Source of the DNA: an uncultured delta proteobacterium
Lineage (GTDB): Bacteria > Desulfobacterota > Desulfomonilia > UBA1062
Length of the DNA: 64,000 nucleotides
Assembly (NCBI GenBank): GCA_963785235.1
Contig: CAWAUM010000001.1
Coordinates: 544,001-608,000 of the forward strand
Direction: 5' to 3'
Part shown: positions 35,664 through 44,738 of the stretch, piece by piece
Layout: every line of letters starts with the position of its first letter
How positions within the stretch are numbered: the stretch's first letter is position 1
Program-made: the position numbers and the translations under genes
The notes under the pieces: model-generated
Seen by the model: only the letters and a program-made list of their open reading frames with translations
Told to the model about the DNA's origin: nothing
Databases searched by the model: none

Positions 35664-36087
35664 ATGGCTGAAGAATACATGCAGCTTGACGTGGTAACCC
35701 CCGAGAAGGCGGTGCTCAGCCGCAAGGCCCTCGAGGTGGTTGCACCCGGGCAGCCAGGGTGAATTCGGTGTGCTCATCGGGCATACGCCGTTCCTCACCA
35801 CTCTTAAGCCCGGCCAGATCATCGTCAAGACTGAGGACAGGGATATTTACCTTGCCGTTGGCGGCGGGTTCGCCGAGATCATATCAAACAGGGTGATCAT
35901 CCTGGCTGAGACGGCGGATATGGCCGAAGACATCGTTGTCGAAGAGGTAAAGGCCGAGATAGACCAGGCCCATGAGAAACTGCGTGAGTATGGCAGGGAC
36001 GATCCCGAGTATACCAAGTGGGAAAACCGATTGGTAAGGGCCGAGGTAAAGCTCAGGGTTTTTGAGAACTGGGAAAAGTCAAAGTAA
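35664..36087 (+). CDS. atpC: ATP synthase epsilon subunit; one frameshift
   Basis: LDVVTPE, APGSQGEFGVLIGHTP, AVGGGFAEI. Confidence 0.92.
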
Positions 36088-36112
36088 CCGACTGAGCTCA
36101 TAGAATAGATTG

Positions 36113-36140
36113 CAAAGAGGGGCCTTAAGGCCCCTCTTTT
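36113..36140 (+). terminator. atp operon terminator
   Basis: AAAGAGGGGCC-TTAA-GGCCCCTCTTTT. Confidence 0.85.
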
Positions 36141-36202
36141 ATATTGCAAGGATTATTGACTCTTTAAGCAAATCCTTTTATAAGCAGATTTCATATCCGT
36201 GT

Positions 36203-36276
36203 GCGCCCATAGCCCAGTTGGATAGAGCGTTGGACTACGAATCCAAAGGTCGCAGGTTCGAATCCTGCTGGGCGCA
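36203..36276 (+). tRNA. tRNA-Arg(ACG), CCA not encoded
   Basis: GCGCCCA/TGGGCGC acceptor; TTGGA-CTACGAA-TCCAA anticodon arm; GGTTCGAATCC; one D-stem mismatch. Confidence 0.93.
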
Positions 36277-36430
36277 CTTCACTTTACAAGCCAAAAAAAA
36301 CTTAACCCTTTCAGTTTGTCCCCTCCTCTGTACCTCGGCAGAGGGTATAAACATGTACTTGATTCATTCCGATATAGGTCATATAGTTATCATCAGAGGA
36401 TAACTTTGACTAAGGGGAATCTATTCTAGC

Positions 36431-36787
36431 ATGGAGAAACACATCTCTGGTTTAGAAAATCTCTTGATGCTTCATGGAGAGGTCTTCCCTATGGATAATG
36501 GATATTGGACCAAGATAGAAGCATGGATGACATCAACGACAAAGCAGGTACCACATGGCATCCGATATTCACTGACACTACATGATCGCCATAATGTTCG
36601 GGTACTGGGATATGATAATGCTCATAACATAAAACCGAAACGAAAGCGATTTGCTGTGGAAAAGACTACCTGGGATCATAAGCACTTGAAGAGTAGGGTG
36701 GAACATTATGAATTTGAATCGGCAGATCAACTGTTAGAGGACTTCTGGAACGAAGTTGATGACTATCTGAAAGAAAGAACGAGGTAA
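36431..36787 (+). CDS. DUF6516/TumE-like toxin
   Basis: PHGIRYSLTLHD...RVLGYDNAH...DHKH...QLLEDFW. Confidence 0.8.
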   Translation: MEKHISGLENLLMLHGEVFPMDNGYWTKIEAWMTSTTKQVPHGIRYSLTLHDRHNVRVLGYDNAHNIKPKRKRFAVEKTTWDHKHLKSRVEHYEFESADQLLEDFWNEVDDYLKERTR

Positions 36788-36795
36788 AAAAGACT

Positions 36796-37164
36796 ATGGC
36801 AACAAACATCCTGAAAGTAGGCATACTGTCGAGAAGTGAATACCGTAAAAGAACCATTGCCATTGCAAAGGGAGAGTATGTACCAAAAAAAGACGAACCA
36901 AAGATATGGTTTGAATCGCTTCAGTCAATGGCTCAAGTGCTCAGCAATGACAACCAGGATCTATTGCGGGTAATTCTTGAGAAGAAGCCAGCCTCATTAA
37001 AAGAACTTGGAACTGTGACAGGGCGGAAAAGCAGTAACCTGTCCCGGACACTGAAATTGATGGCCCGTTATGGGATTGTCGAACTTGAAAAGGAACAGAA
37101 GACCATCAGGCCAATTGTTAAGGCTACCTCCTTCAAAGTAGAGTTCGGATTGAGAAACAGTTAA
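36796..37164 (+). CDS. Winged-HTH putative antitoxin paired with the DUF6516 toxin
   Basis: IWFESLQSMAQVLS, PASLKELGTVTGRKSSNLSRTLKLM. Confidence 0.75.
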   Translation: MATNILKVGILSRSEYRKRTIAIAKGEYVPKKDEPKIWFESLQSMAQVLSNDNQDLLRVILEKKPASLKELGTVTGRKSSNLSRTLKLMARYGIVELEKEQKTIRPIVKATSFKVEFGLRNS

Positions 37165-37171
37165 ACAGGGA

Positions 37172-37328
37172 CCTCCATCCACAACTGCGATCACAATGTC
37201 ATTGGGTAATGGCTCAGTGGATTTATGCGCGATCAGGTTATATCGGGACGAATCTCATCATCGATTATTGATGTACCCTCCACCCTGGCAAAGAATGTGG
37301 CGGTAGGGTTCTTGATGAGAATAGGATC
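37172..37328 (-). pseudogene. umuD: Degraded umuD-like S24 peptidase fragment
   Basis: LIKNPTATFFARVEGTSIID, then after a shift LIAHKSTEPLPNDIVIAVVDG; no start codon and no C-terminal half. Confidence 0.7.
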
Positions 37329-37349
37329 ATGAGGGTAACCTTCATCCTT

Positions 37350-37521
37350 TGCCATTCTGGCACTTTTAGGGGTGTCGCTTAGAGCTTTTTGTCATTTTGT
37401 ACCTATCCATGCCCTGGCTGAAGGCTTTTCTGCCAAGATGGCAATTTCAGGAAAGGCTATAAAATAAATAATGTTAGATATCAATGAGTTATAAGTTGCC
37501 AGAACCTGGCACGCCCCTTGC
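37350..37521 (+). promoter_or_regulatory. Sigma54 promoter with IHF-like site and two palindromic upstream sites
   Basis: TGGCAC-GCCCC-TTGC 37507-37521; TATCAATGAGTTA 37479-37491; TGCCA-N3-TGGCA at 37350 and 37431. Confidence 0.75.
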
Positions 37522-37568
37522 CTTATATGAAGTAGAAAGAAAAAACAAACCCCAGGGAGGGCAAGACA

Positions 37569-37745
37569 ATGATGACATTATGGATCGTAATCGGCGCACT
37601 GTTCATGACCGGCATAGGGATCAGGTTCACCTACAAGGTATTGGGACTCACCCCGGTAGAAGCAAGCGCGGTATTCGTCCTGGTGGTCGCCCTGGTAACC
37701 ATCAACACCGGCCCGGCACGTGAGATCCTCATGAGCCTGTTCTAA
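37569..37745 (+). CDS. 58-aa two-TM membrane protein, absent from the ORF track
   Basis: GGGAGG RBS; MMTLWIVIGALFMTGIGIRFTYKVLGLTPVEASAVFVLVVALVTINTGPAREILMSLF. Confidence 0.7.
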   Translation: MMTLWIVIGALFMTGIGIRFTYKVLGLTPVEASAVFVLVVALVTINTGPAREILMSLF

Positions 37746-37785
37746 GGCAGGACTCAGAGAGATAAAAAGGATAAGGAGGAAGGCC

Positions 37786-38025
37786 ATGAAGACAAAGAAA
37801 GAAAAGATCGAAAAGGCACTGGCCAACAGGCTCAGCAGGATAAGCGCATACAGCCTGGTGCTCGTTACGATGACCTTCCTCGGACTCTACGGCGGCATGT
37901 ATCTGGACAGGGTTCTCGGCATGGCACCCAACTTCACGATGGTAGGACTGGTGGCCGGCATAGCACTGGGCTTCAAGGGGTTCATCCAGGAGGTCGTGAT
38001 AGAGAGAAAGGTAAAGAGGGCATAG
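37786..38025 (+). CDS. AtpZ/AtpI-like (ATP synthase protein I, two-TM) protein
   Basis: AGGAGG RBS; GLYGGMYLDRVLGMAPNFTMVGLVAGIALGF. Confidence 0.7.
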   Translation: MKTKKEKIEKALANRLSRISAYSLVLVTMTFLGLYGGMYLDRVLGMAPNFTMVGLVAGIALGFKGFIQEVVIERKVKRA

Positions 38026-38027
38026 CC

Positions 38028-38132
38028 ATGACAGTCATCTTTGTAACCATCGGTTTCACAGCATTCCTGGCCCTGACTGCAAGGTTCGTGAAACACGCAG
38101 GGCATGCTGCCAGGACAGAGCACAGCCGGTAA
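38028..38132 (+). CDS. 34-aa single-TM peptide
   Basis: MTVIFVTIGFTAFLALTARFVKHAGHAARTEHSR; GAGG upstream; starts 2 nt after the previous stop. Confidence 0.5.
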   Translation: MTVIFVTIGFTAFLALTARFVKHAGHAARTEHSR

Positions 38133-38191
38133 TCAGGACACGCCACATCTACCTAGTGCTTCCTCCCCGGGAACAATCCATATCACACACC

Positions 38192-38215
38192 ACGGCCCTA
38201 AAAGGGTCGTTTTTT
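38192..38215 (+). terminator. Terminator of the small-protein operon
   Basis: ACGGCCCT-AAA-AGGGTCGT-TTTTT. Confidence 0.7.
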
Positions 38216-38235
38216 CTACGGATGGTTCACCCCTC

Positions 38236-40503
38236 CTATTCTTCCGTCTCTGCTTCAGATATAGGGTTAGCACACGACTGCCCATTCAGGACCTCCCGCA
38301 TTATCCGGGAAAGGCTGCTTACATGAAACGGCTTCTGGATAAAGCCGCTGCAACCCCTGTCCAGAATCTTCTGTGCCTCGCCTTCGATGCTGTATCCGCT
38401 CGCCAGGAGGACCTTCACCCCGGGATCTATCTCAACCAACCTGTCAAAGGTCTGTCCTCCTGAAATACCCGGCATTATCATGTCCAGAATTACCAGATCG
38501 ATCTTATCCTTCTTTTCCAAATATATTGCTATTGCCGCCTTACCGCTGTCAGCCGTGTATACCTGATAGCCCAACGCTTCCAGAAGGGCACGGCTCACCT
38601 CCAGGATCGTTTCTTCGTCATCCACAAGAAGGACAGTTTCAGTCCCTTTGAGTATTGCAGTCTCTTCCTTTTTCTCGTCTGTTACGCTCAGTTTCAAGGC
38701 AGGCAGATAAATGGCAAAGGTAGATCCATGCCCCGGTTGACTGATCACATCGATCATACCGTCATGACCCCGTATAATTCCGTAGACCATTGCCAGGCCG
38801 AGCCCCGTACCTCTACCCATCTCCTTTGTCGTAAAGAAGGGATCGAAGATCCGCGCCTTTGTTTTTTCATCCATCCCTGTTCCTGTGTCGGTGATGGAAA
38901 TCTTCACATATTTTCCTGGTCTGGTGACATTTGCCAGGACGTCCTTGTCCTCCAGGATGACATTGCTCGTTTCCAGATGGAGCTCGCCCCCTCCCGGCAT
39001 GGCTTGCGCGGCATTGACAAACAGATTCATGAGTACCTGTTCCATCTGGCCCTGATCGGCCATAACCGTCCAGAGATCGATGTCCATCTGCCGGTAGATG
39101 ATGATCTCCTTGTGGGTGGCACTGAAAAGGGAAAGTGCTTTGTCCATGACACCATTGAGATTGGTGGGTCTGACATGATAGCGTCCGCCGCGGGCAAAAC
39201 CGAGGAGCTGCCTGGTGAGATCCGATGCGCTTTTCACCTGCTCTTCAATGCGCGTGAGCCTTTTGAAATGGGGATGAGAACGATCCAGTCCCATCAGCAT
39301 CAGTGAGGAATAACCCTGAATGCCCATGAGAAGGTTGTTGAAATCATGGGCAATCCCACCGGCGAGGGTGCCGACAGCCTCCATTTTTGAGGAGTGAGAG
39401 AGTTTGAGTTCCATCTCCCTGAGTTCGGTGATGTCCCGGAATACGAAAACCCCACCTATGATGCCGCCGTTGTCATCGCGGATAGGGGCATGCGTTTCTG
39501 AAACATTGATTATCGTGTCTTCTTTCCCCCGAATAGAGAAAATGTCACGAGCAGTGCCGGCGAGGCCCCTTTCCAGGACGTCTGAAACAATCCCCTCCAG
39601 AATCCTGCGGCCTTCAGGGTCCACGGCTACAAACAACTCTGCAGCGGGATGCCCTACCGACGCAGACTGTTCCAGGCCGAAGATCCTTGCTGCTGCGTCG
39701 TTGATAAGGTTTATCCGCCCCCGGTTGTCCAGGGCGAAAAATCCATCGGCCATGGAATGGATGGTCACATCCAGACGGTCTTTTTCCCTTCTGGCCTGGA
39801 GTTCGTGAACCTTGACCTCTTCATAAACCCGCACATAGGTTCGAGCCGTCAGGGACAGGATCGACAAGGCAAACCCAAGATATCCGTACTGCATCAGGAA
39901 CTGGACAGTCTGCATGCCCAGCGTAGCAAGGGCATCATGGACACCAAGAATAGCCCAGAAGGATATACCGATAAAGAAGGGAACGGCATCCCGGCTTCTT
40001 GCGTATTTTATCCAGTAGTAGAGCACGGCGAATGATCCTACAGCGATGTAGATCACCAGCAGACTTCCCAGCGGCCCCTTGTTAGGCTCGATGAAGGGTC
40101 GGCTTAGCCACAGGAAAGGACGGAAAACAAAATCATATCGTACAAAAATGTCTGTAACCCACAGCAGGGACAATAAAATGGCATGCAGGGGAACGGCAAT
40201 GATGTGAAAGCGTCTGGAAGGTATCTTCAGGAATGAAAATGTAAAGCCGTAAACAGAATGCATCAGGCCTATCATACAGGTGAATTGAATCAACTCGCAG
40301 GAACGGTTGATGAGGCCGGGCTCTGAATTGTACTGTATGAATCCGGAAAACGAATAGGCCGCGATGAAAAAGGATAGTCCAGCCCCCCAGGCGTTCCAAG
40401 TCAGCTCGGTCTTCCTGATGAAAAGCCATGCCTGGCAGAGAAAAAAGAAGAATGCCAGAACAGCCACACACAAAGATCCTGCCGATGAAAGCGGGATATA
40501 CAT
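38236..40503 (-). CDS. Hybrid sensor histidine kinase (7TM, PAS, HisKA, HATPase, REC)
   Basis: AGGIAHDFNNLL, NLFVNA, DTGTGM, FDPFFTTK, GTGLGL, LVDDE, ILDMIMP. Confidence 0.93.
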   Translation of the reverse strand: MYIPLSSAGSLCVAVLAFFFFLCQAWLFIRKTELTWNAWGAGLSFFIAAYSFSGFIQYNSEPGLINRSCELIQFTCMIGLMHSVYGFTFSFLKIPSRRFHIIAVPLHAILLSLLWVTDIFVRYDFVFRPFLWLSRPFIEPNKGPLGSLLVIYIAVGSFAVLYYWIKYARSRDAVPFFIGISFWAILGVHDALATLGMQTVQFLMQYGYLGFALSILSLTARTYVRVYEEVKVHELQARREKDRLDVTIHSMADGFFALDNRGRINLINDAAARIFGLEQSASVGHPAAELFVAVDPEGRRILEGIVSDVLERGLAGTARDIFSIRGKEDTIINVSETHAPIRDDNGGIIGGVFVFRDITELREMELKLSHSSKMEAVGTLAGGIAHDFNNLLMGIQGYSSLMLMGLDRSHPHFKRLTRIEEQVKSASDLTRQLLGFARGGRYHVRPTNLNGVMDKALSLFSATHKEIIIYRQMDIDLWTVMADQGQMEQVLMNLFVNAAQAMPGGGELHLETSNVILEDKDVLANVTRPGKYVKISITDTGTGMDEKTKARIFDPFFTTKEMGRGTGLGLAMVYGIIRGHDGMIDVISQPGHGSTFAIYLPALKLSVTDEKKEETAILKGTETVLLVDDEETILEVSRALLEALGYQVYTADSGKAAIAIYLEKKDKIDLVILDMIMPGISGGQTFDRLVEIDPGVKVLLASGYSIEGEAQKILDRGCSGFIQKPFHVSSLSRIMREVLNGQSCANPISEAETEE

Positions 40504-40644
40504 ATCTTTATCCAGCGATTCAAGAATTCTTTTTTATTAAGTCTATCCTATCAGAAATGCAAGTAACTAGAAATGGTATTTCACATGATTTTCGGATATT
40601 ATAATGTATAAATGTCAAAACTGCTTGGCATTACCAGACCTCTG

Positions 40645-40785
40645 ACAGATCACCGAAGAATACACCTCGCCTTGATCCTTGTGAGGGTAGCGCACCGCAA
40701 CAACTTCTAAGACCTTTTCATGTCGCTTCATCAAGACCGGTGTCTTATTTCATCAGGCCGGTTGAATTATATCCCTTGGATGATG
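40645..40785 (-). pseudogene. Degenerate copy of an acyl-CoA ligase C-terminal segment
   Basis: MKRHEKVLEVVAVRYPHKDQGEV versus IKRHDKVLDVAVVRYPHKELGEV in the adjacent ligase; stops upstream. Confidence 0.6.
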
Positions 40786-40791
40786 TTTAAA

Positions 40792-42636
40792 TCATCCTCT
40801 GCGCTCAATACCCTCCCAGAACCGGTCTTCAATATCTTTTTTACACATCTTTCCGTCTATATGGCGGGGAAGCGTCTCGACAAATTCCACATACTTGGGG
40901 ATCTTGTAGCCTATGAGATTGATTGTTTTCAGGTGCTCGATGATATCGTCCGCCTTGAGGACATGGCCGTCTTTGAGCTGTATCACCGCAGCAGGCACCT
41001 CGCCGAGCTCTTTGTGGGGGTAGCGCACAACAGCAACATCCAAGACCTTGTCATGTCTCTTTATGGCTGTTTCGATCTCGTTGGGGAAGATGTTCACCCC
41101 GCCGGTGATGATCATCTCCTTTTCCCTGCCCGTGAGGTACAGAAAACCGTCTTCATCAAAGTGGCCCCTGAGACCGTCGTCGAACCAGGGTTCGCCGTCC
41201 ACGAGCTTGAATGCACCCTCGAGTTTTTCGGGCGACCCCACGTAGTTGAGGCTCACCGTGGTGAGACTGCGGCTGAGGATACGGCCGTCTTTCCCAGGCG
41301 GGCACCAGGTTCGGGTTTCTTCATCAAAGACCTTGGTTTGCGCGCAGCGGATCTTGCCGACGCTCTCATAGCGCTTGGGCTTTTCCTCATAATCGACCGG
41401 CAGGAGGACGGAAGACACCCCTGTCTCGGAGGACCCGTAGAACTCGGTGAACACGTTTTTGTTGCATCCCTGCTGTTTGAATAATACATTGGTCGCCTTT
41501 TTGAGCTCCGGGGTTGCAGGGGCGGCTGCGCATATAATGGTGTGCATGGAGCTGAGGTTGTAGCGACTTTTTACGGCATCCGGCAGGGCAAGGATCCGTT
41601 CAAGCATGGCTGGCACGACAAAGATCCAGTTAATCCGCTCTCGTTCAATGATCCTGAGGATATCCTCTGGATCAAACTTCTGCAAGGGCACTCCGGTCCC
41701 GCCGAGCAGGATAAAGGGAACCCATCCCGCAATGGAGCCTGCATGGTAGAGAGGACCCGGGATGAGGCAGCGCATGTTCCTTGTGATGGGGTCTGATATT
41801 TCGGTTCCGCCGAACCAGTACATGAAGCTGAACTGGAGTACGAGGAGCCTGAGGTATTCCCCGAGCGGGACCTTGGGAGCTTCAGCCAGATCGCTGAAGG
41901 CATAGCCGATGCTGTCAAAGTAATTGACGTTTTTGGGTGTTCCTGTAGTCCCGCCGGTGTAAGGATTCAATGCTACGGCGAAGTGGGTCCTGGGCATGGT
42001 GCTCGGTGCGTGCGAGAGGAGCTCTTCGTAATTCAGGGCGTCTGCCAATGGGCTCTTGCCCACAACGATGTAATGCTCGATGCTCGGCAGGGAGTCTTTC
42101 ATGGGCAGGATCCTGTCCGCGAATTCGTCATGAAGGATAAGTACCCGGGGTTTTACACGATTGATGGCATCCACCAGTTCACCGCCATCCAGATGCCAGT
42201 TGAGGAAGGGCATGGGGCAGCCGATGAGCGAGCAGGCAAAAAAGGCCTCGAAGAATTCATTTCCATTATAAAGCAGCTCGGCACAGCGATCCTTGGGTTC
42301 GAGCCCCAAGGCCTGCAGTGCGTTGGCAAGCCTCATAACCCTGTCCTTGAGCTGGTTATAGGTGTAGCGGGTGCCTTCCGAGATGAGTGCCTCACGCTCC
42401 CCGAAGACCTCCCACATGGATACCAGGAAGTTCGGGGTGATCTTTTCCAGCCTGAAGTTTGCCAGCGCCTTGATGGTTTTGAAATGCCCGGTCTTGCTGC
42501 CGGTCTTCAGCAGAATACGCAGGGTATTCATACCTCCCCACTGGGTGTAGAATGTCTTCAGGAGACCTTTGGTCTGTTCCATTGATGCCAGGGCAGGTAT
42601 TGCGTTCATCAGATTCTTGAAACTTTTGTCCCCCAT
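40792..42636 (-). CDS. Acyl-CoA synthetase (AMP-binding enzyme)
   Basis: YTGGTTGTPK, FYGSSE, YLTGREKEMIITGGVNIFPNEIE, GYKIPK. Confidence 0.9.
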   Translation of the reverse strand: MGDKSFKNLMNAIPALASMEQTKGLLKTFYTQWGGMNTLRILLKTGSKTGHFKTIKALANFRLEKITPNFLVSMWEVFGEREALISEGTRYTYNQLKDRVMRLANALQALGLEPKDRCAELLYNGNEFFEAFFACSLIGCPMPFLNWHLDGGELVDAINRVKPRVLILHDEFADRILPMKDSLPSIEHYIVVGKSPLADALNYEELLSHAPSTMPRTHFAVALNPYTGGTTGTPKNVNYFDSIGYAFSDLAEAPKVPLGEYLRLLVLQFSFMYWFGGTEISDPITRNMRCLIPGPLYHAGSIAGWVPFILLGGTGVPLQKFDPEDILRIIERERINWIFVVPAMLERILALPDAVKSRYNLSSMHTIICAAAPATPELKKATNVLFKQQGCNKNVFTEFYGSSETGVSSVLLPVDYEEKPKRYESVGKIRCAQTKVFDEETRTWCPPGKDGRILSRSLTTVSLNYVGSPEKLEGAFKLVDGEPWFDDGLRGHFDEDGFLYLTGREKEMIITGGVNIFPNEIETAIKRHDKVLDVAVVRYPHKELGEVPAAVIQLKDGHVLKADDIIEHLKTINLIGYKIPKYVEFVETLPRHIDGKMCKKDIEDRFWEGIERRG

Positions 42637-42729
42637 GCTGTACCTCCATGTGCAGATTGCACTCACATACTATTCAACTCGCGAGTTTGTGTGGGCCGGT
42701 GCTTATTCCATCACTCCGGTTGAATTAAA

Positions 42730-44515
42730 TTACGAAAGGGCAGGAGAAAGCGGCTTGCCATAGTCCTCTCTCACCTTGTTCCGCAAGACCTTTCCCACAG
42801 GGCTCATGGGAAAGGCATCGGCAAACACTACCGACTTGGGCCGCTTGAACCCGGTCATCTTGTCTTTGCACCATGAGATGATCTCCTGATCCGTTGCTGC
42901 CATCCCGGGTTTCAAAACCACGACCGCACGGACGATGTTGCCCCAGGTGTCGTCGGGTACGCCGATAACGCACACCGAGTCGATCATTTCATGCTGGGAC
43001 ATGATCTCTTCCACCTCGTGGGGGAAGACCTTTTCTGCGCCTGTTGAAATGCATTCTCCCTTGCGGTCCACCACGATGAGTTCGCCATCGGCGTCCATAT
43101 AACCAAGATCACCCGAAAGGAACCATCCGTCTTTGATCACCTCGGATGTCTTTTTTGCCTCGCCATAATAACCCTTCATGATGGTGGCGCTCTGATAGAG
43201 GATTTCGCCGGTGCTTCCCCGGGGCACATCCTCACCCTTCTCGTTCACAATGCGCATTTTGATGCCTGACAGGGGCTGACCTACAGAGTTGTTCTTAATG
43301 CTCTCCGGAGAGGTATCAATCCGAAGTGCCGTATCAGGCGTCATCTCGGTCTGGCCGAACACATCAACAACGATGGAATTCGGGAATTTTTCCAGGATCT
43401 GTTTTTTCCGGCTGCCCGGGTTCGCCCCGGCGCCCGTCATGGCCACGAGCACCGACCTGCGGTCATAACGATCTATATCCGGGTAGTCGAGGACCATTTT
43501 CCACTGGGTCGGCACGAGGAGCACCACCATGGGCCGCTCGCGGGCAATGGTTGCGAGCACCTCGGCAGGGTCGAAATGGATGCCTTCCCTGAGGATGAAA
43601 TGGATGAGTCCGGACATGGGTCCGATGATGAGGAGCTGGTAGTTGGCCATATGGAAGAGCGGCATGTTCATGAATATGGAAAGCCCGCCGGTGATCCTGC
43701 CAAGAAGACGGGCTGATGGGCTTTACCTGTTGTCTTGGCCAGGAGTGCGGGTGCATTCTGAGAGACGAACGAGCGGACCTTCGGGAAGCGCCATAAGTGT
43801 GTTAAGCGGCTGCTTCGAGCCACGGTTTGTGGACGAGGCTTGCGAGTATCCTGCCGAAATTCACCTTTTCATCACAGGCAAGCCTGCCGATCAGGTCGCC
43901 GAAGAGCGATTCGGCGAGGCTCCAGAAGTTGGAGTAGGTGAGCACAACACCCTTGGGCATTCCGGTGGTGCCGCCTGTGTAGCAGATAGTGCATACGTCC
44001 TCTTCTGTTGTGCATGCAGGGGGTTCTATGGCCGGGTGTGAGGCTATGGCAGCTTCATAATTGAGCATGCCTTGTGGTACCGAACGTCCATCGCGTGCCA
44101 GACAGACGGTTTGCCTGACGGCGGGGCAGTCTTTCAGGGCTTTACAGGTCTCATCCAAGAACAGATCCTCCAAGATGAGCACGGTCGAATCCGAGTGAGT
44201 GAGCTGGTATTCGATCTCACGGGCCACAAACCTGAAATTGATGGGTATGGGTACGGCCCCGAGCTTCTGGAGGGCATAGTTGGCCTCAATGAATTCCGGG
44301 CAGTCGTGGAACAGGATAGCAGCGTGGTCCCCCTTCTTTATACCCAGGTCTTTCAGGGCTCCGGCCAGGGAGTTGACCCGCTCATTGAGCCCTTGCCAGG
44401 TTATGTTTGTGTTTCCGCAGGTGATGGCGATTCCCTTTGGGTTGAATCGGGCCATGCCGGCAAGGAGCTCGCCGAAGCTTTTCCTGGCGATGGGTTTCAG
44501 TTTAGGCCATGTCAT
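42730..44515 (-). CDS. Acyl-CoA synthetase (AMP-binding enzyme); frameshifted
   Basis: YTGGTTGMPKG, FGQTE, SGDLG, GFKRPK. Confidence 0.85.
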
Positions 44516-44637
44516 GATGCCTCCCCTAACCATAGTACAAAGAATCACCGGGCAAGGCGCCCGAGGTATATCGTATGATAGTTATATTATAATACAGAAA
44601 AAGAGGCAGGAATACAATGATGATGAGAAGTTAGGTG

Positions 44638-44668
44638 AAAAAAGGGTGGGCCGGATACCGGCCCACCC
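44638..44668 (-). terminator. Rho-independent terminator
   Basis: GGGTGGGCCGG / CCGGCCCACCC with a U-tract on the minus strand. Confidence 0.8.
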
Positions 44669-44738
44669 AATGTTCTTGGAGGTTTTTCATGATGTTTTTA
44701 AATTAACTATCCACCTTTTGTCATGAAGAGAGTCGGTC

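Noticed and set aside
36212-36228. D-stem mismatch (GCCC/GAGC) in tRNA-Arg as a pseudo-tRNA
   Set aside because: A single mismatch in an error-prone assembly; the other arms and the promoter are intact
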